64,000 bases of DNA, taken from NCBI RefSeq assembly GCF_006345805.1, contig NC_042998.1, positions 184,202,001-184,266,000 on the forward strand, in the 5' to 3' direction. The position numbers and the translations under genes were made by a program. Numbering within the stretch: the stretch's first letter is position 1; the number at the start of each line of letters is the position of its first letter. This DNA is from Octopus sinensis (Eukaryota). Shown here piece after piece: positions 14,204-25,849 of this stretch. Under the pieces are notes generated by a model that did no database searches, was not told the DNA's origin, and saw nothing but the letters and a program-made list of their open reading frames with translations.

Positions 14204-14956
14204 CAAACCTGTGACAACACTAGTACCATATTGTACTGGTCTAAGTTGAAGTACTTTCCCTTGGATAAACATCATTGGTGTAGATAGTGGGGAGTTTTTT
14301 TACATAGGCAACTGCTTGTCTTCTTCAAAAAAATCATGTCCAGGCCAGCACATACATGTGGTGATGCATGGTTAACACTGTCTGACAGACACTTCATCTC
14401 TTAAATATTTTACAAAATGATTTGTAATGATTTCTACAACCTGATTATCTGTCTCTTCAAGAAACCAGTTATCCGATTAATAATTCAGTCGTTGTATTGC
14501 AGCTGATCTTCTGATCAAACTAAGGAAAGTGTGTTTCTGTTTGCTTTACAAGGGCTGGTATCATGTCAGTTTTGCCAGTCTGAGATCATGACAGAAATGT
14601 CACCAATGTTTGTTTATTTGTGTTTTTCCTTGTGACAGGAGATCAGATTTAAACTCAGAATGCACAGAACTGAAATAGATATTACAAACCATTTCATCCA
14701 ATGTTCTTACAATTCCACTAATCCATTGTACTTGACTGGCACTTTAAGATTATTGATTATAAAAAGATGAAAGCAAAGTTGACTTCAGTGACACTACACA
14801 GAGCAGAGGGTCAGAAATATAGCCACATTACTGTAATTCTGTTGAAGTACACAGTGTTTGTTTTAAAAAATTTTTAGCAAAATAATTTTGTCATATTACG
14901 GAGATGTACTTGCATAGCGAGTGACTTGATCTGAGATCATGTACTGGAACAAAAAC

Positions 14957-15240
14957 AATTGCAGCAAGGAAGGTGTTTATAAGCCGTTTAAGAAACACAC
15001 AAAACCATTAGATTCACTTCAACATTTAAGTTTAATTTGTCAAAATATTTTCGTCGCTTTGAGACCGTGATCTGTTCACTGACAAAGCATCACAATGCAG
15101 CACAATGTTTTGTCAGTGAACAGGTTGCGGTCTCAAAGTGACGAAAATATTTTTTGACAAATTAAGCTTAAATGTTGAAGTGAATCTAATGGTTTTGTGT
15201 GTTTCTTAAATGGCTTATAAACACCTTCCACGCTGCAATT
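14957..15240. mobile_element. Long foldback element (~135-bp arms)
   Basis: aattgcagcaaggaaggtgtttataagcc...ttcactgacaaa pairs with tttgtcagtgaa...ggcttataaacaccttccacgctgcaatt across a ~20-nt loop. Confidence 0.85.
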
Positions 15241-15420
15241 TTGTCATAGTTAATCTAGTGTTCTAAACATAAATTAATGTAAATTTTTATGGAAGCTTTT
15301 AATTTGGATCTCTTTAAAACAATAAATTTGTATCATAGAACCTTGGATGGTCTCAGACAGTGTGGTACAAAAAGGTTTAAATGAAAAATTAAAGTGATTT
15401 GATCATTTACTTTAATATAC

Positions 15421-15820
15421 ACTTGTTTCAGTCATTTGACTGTGGCCATGCTGAAGCACCGCCTTTTAGTTGAGCAAATTGACCCCAGGACTTATTCTTT
15501 GTAAGCCTAGTACTTATTCTATCAGTCACTTTTGCCGAACTGCTAAGTTACAGGGATGTAAACACACCAGCATCAGTGGTCAAGCGATGTTGGGGGGACA
15601 AACACAGACACACAAACATATACACACACACACCCATACATATATATATATATACATATATACGATGGGCTTCTTTCAGTTTCTGTCTACCAAATCTACT
15701 TACAAGGCTTTGGTCGGCCCGAGGCTATAGTAGAAGATACTTGCCCAAGGTGCCACGCAGTGGGACTGAACCCGGAACCATGTGTTTCGTAAGCATGTTA
15801 CTTACCACACAGCCACGCCT
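15421..15820 (-). mobile_element. SINE family B (tRNA-derived head, internal (TA)/(TG) tract, GTAAAAGA tail)
   Basis: Reverse complement of the 42730-43120 copy. Confidence 0.85.
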
Positions 15821-16419
15821 AACCCTATGATGAAGGAAATGGCACAGGTAGTCTAGAGATGAACTTAATACAATGCGATACTTAATAGACACCAAATATG
15901 AATGAGATCAACTATCCTGAAAAGAAGCATCATTCCACAGAACCAAGTATATTTGCTAACAAGGCTTTGGCAGTGTTTCCAGAGCACTTTCTTCCAAATA
16001 CTTTAGCTCTCATGTAGAGTTGCTTAACAACTGTTATCTCTAAATCATTATCAAGCTCAATAATATCCAACATTGTTGTCCCATTTCATGAATGGGAACC
16101 CTTATGTTACTGACAACATCCAGTTGATGCACCAATGAAAGAGCCTCAACAGGGTCATTCAATCTTCTAGAAATAGCAAGCAACCCTCTCTCAAAATACA
16201 TCCAACTATATCTTAAAAACATTGAATGGTAAGAGTTCTAAATGCACTCTGCCTGGAGAAAAGACAAAAGCAACACAGGATGGCCTGGGTTGGAATATCT
16301 TTGATCATATATCCATGTGATCGAGGCTAATAATCTGAGATTACACAATAACAACTCCCAACTGCTGGTTTACTTTTAGGCTCTGCCTCACCATTGCCAT
16401 TTTATATTATTTGCTTGTT

Positions 16420-16635
16420 CCTTCTTGAGCCATCTTTGGCTCATAAGGGCCGGTTTCCCGGTTTCCTTGGCATATAGGTTCCCCACCTGGACGGGACGCC
16501 GGCCCGTCGCAGGTGAGCTGCATGATGCAGGAGGAAAGAGTGAGAGAAAGTTGTGGCGAAAGAGTCAGCAGAAGTTCGCCATTACCTTCTGCCAGAGCTG
16601 CGTGGAGCTTGGGCGTTTCACTAGGCCATGTGCCT
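16420..16635 (-). mobile_element. SINE family F, internally deleted
   Basis: The reverse complement reads ggaggcacatggcctagtg joined directly to aaacgcccaagctccacg, so the B-box region is missing. Confidence 0.65.
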
Positions 16636-17369
16636 CCACAATTTTATATTATTTGCCAACATATCTGATGCACTACTGAAATATATTTGGAGCATCTTTA
16701 ATTTCTCTTTTTGCTGTTATCATTGAACCTCTGTTTTCAGGTTATGTACTCAACAAAATTCTTTATCAGCCTAATGAAGCACATTCTTCCTTAGGCTATT
16801 AATTATAAGTGAGTTCACTAGTGCAAGGTGTAAATAGAGTGCAAGGCTGTCTATTCAACAAGTGAAACCTGGCTGTGAAATTAACCTCACTACACAGTAC
16901 TAACACTTAATGTATGAATGGTCAGATGTAAATGTGTCTAAATATTATGAAAGAGAAGATAAAGTGTCAAAACTTATGATTGTTAAGATGTACTTTGCTC
17001 TAAGAAATTGATTGGAAATAACATTTTAAATTTTAAGTTAATTATTAATGGGAAATGTGTGAACAAATACTGAGTTCTAACACATATTTTGGAATCATAT
17101 AGCTGATTAATGGTATTAAATACTGATCTCAGTAGAATTTGGTCTCAGAATGTAGAGATCTGATATTTTAATAATTCTGCCAAGCTATCACCTTTAGGTG
17201 AAGAGAAAATTTTAAGAGTAAATCATAGAAGTTGAATCTTAATATTTAAGGCTTATTTCTTTTGTATCATTTTATGTGTGTGTGTGTGTTTTTCACCATT
17301 ATTTATGGTTTTGTGCATCTGTGTTAATTAATATAAATGTACTTCTCAAATGCCTAGGAGGCTTTTTTT

Positions 17370-17880
17370 GAGGTTGTGGATAATTTCTGTTACCTAGGTG
17401 ACCAAATTAGCAATGGTTGAAGATGTTCGGAAAGTATTGTTTCTAGAATAAGAACTGAATGGAGGAATTTTTGCCTCTGTTGGCAACAAAAGGACTCTCT
17501 CAGAGAGAAATAGACTGCATGATCCTTATGTACAAACACTCCATGGTAGTGAGACTTAGGTTCTGAATGCAGAAGACATGTGCAGACTAGAGAACAATGG
17601 AGGTAGTGTGCTCCATTGGATGTGCAGCATCAGTGTGCACATATAACAAAGTGCAAATGTGTTGAGAGAAAAGTTGGACATAAGAGGAATCAGATGTAGC
17701 ATGCAAAGAAGAAGACTACATTGACTTGGACATATGATGTGTATGAATGAAGACAGCTGCATAAAGAAGTGCCAATCACTGAGAGTGGTTGGCACCCGTA
17801 GAAGAGGTGCCAACAAGCCAGAAAGATATGGTGAGGATCGATTCTAGGATGTTGGGCATCATGGAAGAGATGACAATGGA
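17370..17880 (+). mobile_element. RTE-like LINE 3' fragment
   Basis: EVVDNFCYLGD..SRIR..HGSET*..LREKLDIRGI..RRRLH*LGHM, the conserved C-terminal RT region. Confidence 0.75.
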
Positions 17881-19539
17881 TTGAGATGTCTGGCAATACA
17901 AGTTTCTTCAGCAAACCTTCCCACTTCAGCAAACTGAGTTCTAGAAGCATTGTGGATTCCACCCACATGTAACTATAAAACTTTTCCACACCGTACCCCA
18001 ACAAACCAAACTACATCTCTCCTCTTCCTCACATTTCCTCTTTTCATGCCCTAAGCTTTTGCTTATGTCTTGCTCCCTAGTCCTGTCCTCACTACCCCAC
18101 TCACTGTATTATTGCTATCCTGATCTTCCCCACCCCCTCTATATGCCCAGGTTTTATCAGTCACTGCATTCCCCACTCCAATACTCTTTGAATTTATGTG
18201 AAGTCCCTACTCCCTACCCACGTGCCATGGCAATAGCCTACCATTTACATTCTGACCCAGTGTTTTGAGGATAGCCCTTCCACTTTGTCACCACTTATCT
18301 CTCCCTTGTTTTTCTTTACCATCCCATGTATATTCTGGTCCATGTCGCTTATGAACATGCCCTAGTGCTTCATCACCATTTCTCTCCTGCTCTCTTCCAC
18401 GCTCTCTCTTTCTCTTGCTCTCTCCCTCTGACTGGTTAAACATGTATCTCCTCAACAACAACACACCTGTTCCTAGCCTCAATCTCGATCACACTCTCTC
18501 TGCTTGTCTGACCGGGTTACCACATATCTCCTCTACAACAAGACACCTGTTTCTGTCTCACTGTTACACTCTAACCTTTCATAATCTGGCACAAGATTAT
18601 CTCCTCCAATGCCCCATCTCCTTTCAAAAGATCTTTGTCTTGCAAGTTACTTGGTGACCTTGCCAGTGCTGGTACCATGTAAAAAGCATCCAGTCCGCAC
18701 TGTAAAATGGTTGGTCAGAAGGGCACCCAGCTGTAAAAAAAAAATACCATGCCAAAACTGACCTTGCCTGTGCTGATGCCATATTAAAAGCGCGCAGTCC
18801 ACTCTATGAGGTGGTTGGTGTTAGGAAGGGCATCCAGTAAAAACCATGCCCAAACAGACAGAGAAACATGGTCCAGTCTTCTGCTTAGCCAGCCCCTATC
18901 AAACCATCCAACTCATGCCAGCAGGGAAAGTGGATGTTAAATGATGATGATGATATTGCAACTTGCTCTATTTGTTATAAGCAGCAGTATATATCTGCTT
19001 AGGTAAATTTTGAAAACATTACAATAACGCAACCATCACACACGTGTATAACTTGGTAGAATGTATCAATTGTTTTAAGTGCCTGTGTTGTCATGAGCAG
19101 ACACAAACCACCTTTGGTTTCTGTTTCCTTTGGCATGTGTTTCAGTTTGGTTGGTGTCTCATTTGGTTTGTGTCTCCTTTGAAATGTGTCTTCTTTGAAA
19201 TGTGTCTCCTTTGGTTTGTGTCTGCACAAACCTCCATTCCATCTTTGACCATCTAGGATGAGACAGCTAAAAGCAGTGAGAGGGCTGCACCAGAAATAGT
19301 ACAGCTACTTATCTTTAGTTAAGCAGGAGCAACTTGAAACGAAGGGCTTTGTTCAAGGACACACTGTGCCACCCATCTAGGAATTGAACACATTATTTAT
19401 AATCATGACTCCTTCACAAAAACGATAACCATTTTCTAATTAAATATACCAATCAAGAACATTTGTTGAGACTTCAGATTGCCTGCTCGAAACAATTATG
19501 AAATACTTTTAAGTTTTGGATATATCTTGTATTAGCTTC

Positions 19540-19770
19540 TTAAACCTTTTGTTACCATATTTCTAATAAATAAATTACTTTTATTTCAATTAATTTCAAA
19601 AATAATGAAGAATTTAGTAAAATAGCTTTTTCATTATTAAGCTGGTGTTTGGAATATAAATTAATATGAAATTTTGATAGAGGTTTTTAATTAAGATTAC
19701 TTTAAAACAATTAACTTTGCAGCATAGCATCCAGTGGTGGTTTCAGGTAGGTTGGTATCAAAAGAGTTAA
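19540..19770. mobile_element. Degenerate copy of the same TTAA MITE family
   Basis: TTAAACCTTTTGTTACC...GGTATCAAAAGAGTTAA; internal gaatttagtaaaata is shared with the 12982 copy. Confidence 0.55.
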
Positions 19771-20175
19771 ACTGTGACTGATGTCAATAACAACTGGCTT
19801 CGGTACTGCTTTAGTTTATAAGGTGAACATGATAAATAAAGAACTGAGAAGATTATAACAATAACAACAACAAAAAAAAAAAGAACAGAAGGAAAAATAA
19901 ATAAATAAAATTTGTATTATGATTATAGATCAGCTACTAGTGCAACCAACAATGTTGGCATTGATGGAGGAAATGATAAGTAATAAAGAATATGAAAGGA
20001 GGGAATTTAAAGAGACTCATTATCAATTGCAACATAGAAAGGCTGATTGGAAGATTGTGACTGATAATAAAGATTACACTTTATTCTCATCCTCTCTCGC
20101 ACATTTCTTTTGATGCAGATGTCTATGAAAGCATGCATAACGTGTGTGCGCGTATTTATATATGCACATACATAT

Positions 20176-20215
20176 GCATCTCCCTCTCGTCTCATATTCA
20201 CACACACACATATAT

Positions 20216-20265
<50 letters not shown>

Positions 20266-20328
20266 TATAGATAGATAGATAGCCAGACTTTCTATTTAGT
20301 CACAACACCTTTCGTATATAAACACACA

Positions 20329-20367
<39 letters not shown>

Positions 20368-20663
20368 GATCTATATAGATAGTCAGAACACCTTCATACA
20401 TCTCCCTCTCTTCTCATATTCACACACACATATATACACACATATATATATATAGATAGATAGTCAGACTTTCTATTTAGTCACAACACCTTTCATATAT
20501 AAACACACACACACACACACACACACATAATGATCTATATAGATAGTCAGAACACCTTTATGCATCTCCCTCTCTTCTCATATTCACACACACATATATA
20601 CACACACACATATATATATATAGATAATCAGACTTCTATTTAGTCACAACACCTTTTGTAAAT

Positions 20664-20723
<60 letters not shown>

Positions 20724-20768
20724 TACACATACACACAAAATTATCTATATAGATAGTCAAAACACCTT
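20176..20768. repeat. Three tandem ~165-220-bp units with internal variable microsatellites
   Basis: Units start catctccctctc at ~20176, 20399 and 20562; each carries (CA)n, (TA)n and (GATA)n modules. Confidence 0.85.
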
Positions 20769-21336
20769 TCTATTTAGAAATGTGTTATTGATAACATTTC
20801 TGTGCTCTATTTCCGGTGTTTCTATTAGTCTTTTTTTTGGTATTCTTATACTTCTTTATTATAATGCTCTTTGCTTGGTTTGCAGTAATAGAGCTCCGGG
20901 GTCCATTTTAAGACATTCTCGCTCAAAAATATTCTTCATAAAAATGTTGCAAATGCGGTTGGTATTGATTTGGGTTAGAGCTTAAATAGCATCTTCCAGT
21001 AGTAATAGCAAAGCAAACTGAAACTTGGAGCAGATGATGAGACCATATTCCAACTGTGTCCAGAAACCTGATACCATTGACCAGAAAAATATTAAAGTTC
21101 AGAGATAATCAATGAGAAACAGAGCTGCCAACAGAAATTGCATGATTCTTGCATGAAATTTTTTTAAAAAATGAAAAACAAAAACAAAAATTAAAAGTGA
21201 GCCAACGAGGAAGCTTCTATACCAGTGGTTCTCATCCAGGGTCCATTTGGCCCTTTGGGGACCATATAAAGTTTGTTGTTTATAGTTTTCTCTAATAAAT
21301 AGGTTATGCTTCTATAATATTTCTATATACTTCTAT

Positions 21337-21754
21337 AGGCGTTGAAGCAGCTGTGTGGTAAGTAGCTTGCTTACGAACCTCATGGTTCCGGGTTCAGTCC
21401 CACTGTGTGGCACCTTGGGCAAGTGTCTTCAACTATAGCCTTGAGCAGACCAAAGCCTTGTGAGTGGATTTGGTAGACGGAAACTGAAAGAAGCCCATCG
21501 TATATATGTATATATATATGTGTGTGTGCGTGTCTGTGTGTTTGTGTGTCTGTGTTTGTTCCCCGCCCCACCATCACTTGACAACCGATGCTGGTGTGTT
21601 TACGTCCCCGTAACTTGGCGGTTCGGCAAAAGAGGCCGATAGAATAAGTACTAGGCTTACAAAGAATAAGTCCTGGGGTCGATTCGCTCAACTAAAGGCG
21701 GTGCTCCAGCATGGCCACAGTCAAATGACTGAAACAAGTAAAAGAGTAAAAGAG
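21337..21754 (+). mobile_element. SINE family B
   Basis: A-box/B-box-like head (gctgtgtggt..ggttcagtccc) and gtaaaagagtaaaagag tail. Confidence 0.85.
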
Positions 21755-21764
21755 AATAATCTGA

Positions 21765-22055
21765 AGGCATACGGCTTATTGGTTAGGGTATTCGGCTGAT
21801 GATTGTAAGGTCGTGAGTTCACTTCCTGGCAACATGTTGTGTCCTTGACCAAGACACTTTATATCACATTGCTCCAGTCCACTCAGCTGGCAAAAATGAG
21901 TAGTACCTGTATCTCTGTGTTATGTTTAATCTCCTTGAGAACTATGTTAATGGTACAGGTGTCTGTGGAGTGCTCAGTCACATGCACGTTATTTTCACAA
22001 GCAGGCTCTTCCGTTGATTGGATCAACTGTAATCCTCATCATTGTAACTGACAGA
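21765..22055 (+). mobile_element. tRNA-derived SINE (CORE-like tgtccttga..gacactt segment)
   Basis: tggttag..gagttcacttcc head; a related degenerate copy lies at ~40870-41183. Confidence 0.6.
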
Positions 22056-22115
22056 GTGCCACTTTTACAATACACAAAATATTTTAACAATTTTTTAATA
22101 CAGTTCCTAATAATA

Positions 22116-22513
22116 TCTTTATATATAAAAGTGAAGTTGTGTATCTGTCTCCTACGATTTAGATTCCTAACTACTCCCACATTTTGCTGTGCAGTTTAAC
22201 CAAAACCGGGTATCTTATAGTCGTGATTCATATCAAGCCCTTCTGGGTATTAGCGCGCGTCTACGATGAGTCTACAATTTAAAAAAAAATTTACCATCAT
22301 TTTTTTCCATTTTAATGCATTTTTTCGCTATTATATAAGGGAAGTAACTCTCTAAAAATGTCTACGATGAGTCAACGATTTAAAAAAAAATTTACCATCA
22401 TTTTTTTTCCATTTTTAATGCAGTTTTTTGCTATTTTTTGGCTATAACTCTCTAAAAATGCTTATATAGTTATTTCCCTTACAAACCCGAGCAATGCCGG
22501 GCGATACTGCTAG
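22116..22513 (+). mobile_element. Non-autonomous Helitron-like element (copy 1) with internal tandem duplication
   Basis: 5' TCTTTATATATAAAA; 3' CCCGAGCAATGCCGGGCGATACTGCTAG. A ~100-bp unit starting tctacgatgagtc is repeated near 22260 and 22360. Confidence 0.8.
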
Positions 22514-23104
22514 TTTAATAATAAAAATATAGTAAGATTTTTTAAAACATCAAATGACTAGGAGGATACATCCAAGTAAACAGGAATCAAAGGTGTCCCT
22601 AGGCGAAAAATGATTGAGAAACACTGTTCTACATGGTTGTTTGGTCTGTAAGGAGTAGCAGCTACATCAACCTAAATTTCTTAAAAATGTGAAGTACAAA
22701 TTCAATAATGTCTCATGTCTGAAAGAATAAAAGATGAGATGACAGGAATTTATTTAAATTATAGATTTTATTTGATCAGGGGGTGACCTCAGGACTAAAC
22801 ATGACAACAACAATGAAGGTAACAACAAAAAGTAACAATCACATCCAGTAGTGCAAATGTTTTCCTCTGGAGGATAAGATCAAAGACACCTTGAAATATC
22901 AATGGAACTTGGAATATTATTATTTTCAAACCATTCATACTGAATAATTGAAAGAAATTGGTAAAAAGAGATAAAAGAAACATAGAAAGTAACAGGAAAA
23001 TAGTCATGTTTTCAACAACACACATTCACACATACATACACACCTACTGTATATGTGTGTGTGTGTTTCTGTGTGTGTATATGTATAAGCACCACACACG
23101 CACG

Positions 23105-23153
<49 letters not shown>

Positions 23154-23899
23154 ACACACATTCGGGGTATTGATAGATAAAAGCTGAAATGTGGTTAAGT
23201 AAATAATGCATAACCATGAGAGCTGCTATGAAGACTGTATAATTGAATATGTTATCTTTGTACAACCATTTTACATAAAAAATGTGACTCATAACTTCTT
23301 TAAAAAAAAATGTAACTATTGGTGTGTCTCTGGTACACTTTCAGAAAATAATAAACTAACATATTTTCACAAGTCCAATGCTTTTAGAGAAAGCAGGCTC
23401 AGATATGTAAAGCACCTGAGCACTGTGTACAATAAGTTCATGATACATTATACTGCCCACTAAACCTGCTGTAAAGAGGGATTCTGAGGAGGGACATTTT
23501 TGAGTTTAACATTTTTTTTTTTAGATTAAAGAATACTCTACTTTTGCAAATTGAGTTCTGTAATTTATTGCTTTCTGGTGAATTAATGCAAATTTAGATG
23601 CACACACACACATACACATACTAACATACATACATACATGTGCACATACATACATACATGTGCACATACATACATACATGTGCACATACATACACACATA
23701 CATATATATGAAAGAAATTTTGAAAAAGCAATTTTAATGATGTTTATTCACTTGACCGGTTTCACTTTTTTAGAAAAGTGTCACACAGTACACTCTTAAA
23801 AATTCTTTGGTTCACTTTTCATGAATCCCTTTTTTTGCTGGTTCCTATATCTTTTCTGTATGTCTTTTCTACTTTTTTCCCAATAGGTCATTTTACCTA

Positions 23900-25849
23900 T
23901 GCATTTGGTAATTTATCATAGTTGAGGAGGTTGTTTTTTTTACATTTACAAATTTCTAGCCATTTCGAGAAACTATCAACAACCATTAAGTAGTATGGAC
24001 TATTTAAAGGACCAGTGAAATCAATGTGTTGTCTTGACCATGGAACATCTTCATTTGAACAATGTTTACTTTTTATCAGGGGCAATTTTTTATTTCGTTT
24101 TGGCTTACATACAAGTGTTCCACTCTGTTTTACTGCAATTTTTTGTTTCAATCCCTCAACTGCATTCGAACCTTCAATTGAACTGACTATATTTTCATAC
24201 AAAAGACTTATGGGTGTATTCCATACTTTGAATAGTTCCACCCACTCTGTGCCAAATAGATTAAATGAATCGTTTAATAAATATATGTTTGCCTTTTTTG
24301 TTAGGCCTTGAAATATTACATTACATACAGATTCACCAAAAAAATATAATCTTTTTCTCATAATACCATGTGCTACTTTTTTAGATTTAATTAATTTTGG
24401 CTTAAGGTCATATTTCTACGTTTTTTTGTTTATAATGGTGATATCACTACTAGTGTCCAACTGCATTTTAACACTTGTATTTCTGATTTTCACATTCATG
24501 AATTCCCTCATTATTATATTACCAATTTCTCCCGATGACATATTGTTTATTCTTTTTCCTTTGTTCTGACGTTTTGTCATCTTCATTCTACAGTACGTCT
24601 TTATATGTCCTATATTTCCACAACGAAAGCACTTCGCTTTTTTAAATGAACAATTTTTCCTCCGGTGTATACCTCTACATGCAAAACATGGGTTTATTTC
24701 CTGATTTTTGTCATGCTTTTTAGAAAACACTTTATCTCTTTTCTGATTATTTCGCACTTGTTTTACTTGGAAATTATCTTTCCATTCGATTTCCTCTGTG
24801 TTGTGTCTTAATTTGACTATTCTTTCATATTCTTCTGATACTTGCTGTAGGGTTACATCCTGGTTTTGCTCCAGCTTTGTGAGAATTCTAGTTCTAACTT
24901 CTGCATCCTTTTCAGCAGTAAGACCCTGTGTAAAAATCAGGCATTTGAACATATCAGGCGTTAATTTGTCCAGCTTAAACTTTTCACATTCCCTGCTTAC
25001 TCTACCAGCATATACAAACCAGATGAAGGAGTTACCTTCAAAGCATACTACAGAAGATATCACTGCCAGTGTCCAATTGCATTTCTCAAATCTTTGAGAA
25101 AAAATGTAAAAATTGGGACAACGAGATGAAAATGTACTTAATCTCGAGAAAACTGGTGGCAACAGGACATGAATGATACAGTAATTATGTACTCCCAAGA
25201 AAACCTTCAGATATAAACTTTAATGACACAATAGATATATTGTGTAATATTTCCAGTGTAAAAAGCTCATTGTTCAACACACATTGGAAATGTCTGAACA
25301 TAAAGTAAAACAATGATGAGGACTACATGACATATGCTGTACTCCATAGCATAGTCTGGCGAGAACACTTTTTCTGAATTTCCTGACGACTTCATTAATT
25401 ACAGCACCTGTTGCTGTAATAGTAATTGTTGTTGTTGTTCTTTCAGTTGTTATTGTTGCTGTTTTTGCAACTCAAGCAAACTGGCCAACAAATTTCCCGT
25501 AATTTTTATGGTTATTTTTCGTAAAATTCACACAACAAAACTTCATGAGTTTGTTAACTTCTCATGAATTGTTAATTCCTCATGGAGTTTATTAATTTCT
25601 TGTGAATTGTTTAAATCCTCGAGTTTATAAATTCCTCATGAGTTGTTTAAATCCTCGTTGCCACTGTTATAATCCTTCAAATGTTGGATTGTTATAATGC
25701 CCACTTCGGTATACATTATACTTAGTAAAACCAGTAAAGACACAACTATCTCTGACCACCTGCTACGTACTCCTCTTTACTTATAGTGACTAGGTTATTC
25801 CATTCATCACGTGGGAGGGGTGTACCATTAATACTAATTCTCTACAACA
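23900..25849 (-). mobile_element. Decayed Ty3/Gypsy LTR retrotransposon (K02A2.6/Mag-like): 5' LTR, PBS, gag, protease, deleted RT/RNase H, truncated integrase
   Basis: Gag YAGRVSRECEKFKL..FKCLIFTQGL, zinc knuckles CFACRGIHRRKNC and CFRCGNIGHIKTYC, protease MQLDTSSDITII, integrase PWSRQHIDFTGP..YLMVVDSFSKWLE. No RT motifs lie between them, and no 3' LTR is visible. Confidence 0.9.
25665..25849 (-). repeat. 5' LTR (185 bp) of the Gypsy element
   Basis: Bounded by TGTTATA...TACAACA. On the minus strand it is followed after 1 nt by the PBS-like TGGCAACGAGGA (25652-25663). Confidence 0.75.

Noticed and set aside
15830-16350. Coding-like minus-strand stretch (60-aa ORF)
   Set aside because: It has multiple stops, no recognisable family and no convincing splice sites.
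20176-20768. Regularly spaced repeats (also 38330-39760) as a CRISPR-like array
   Set aside because: The context is eukaryotic, there are no unique spacers or cas genes, and the units are whole tandem copies.
21337-21420. tRNA-like sequences at SINE heads (also 40001, 42730, 45176, 59026)
   Set aside because: A/B boxes are present but there is no complete cloverleaf; they continue into SINE bodies.
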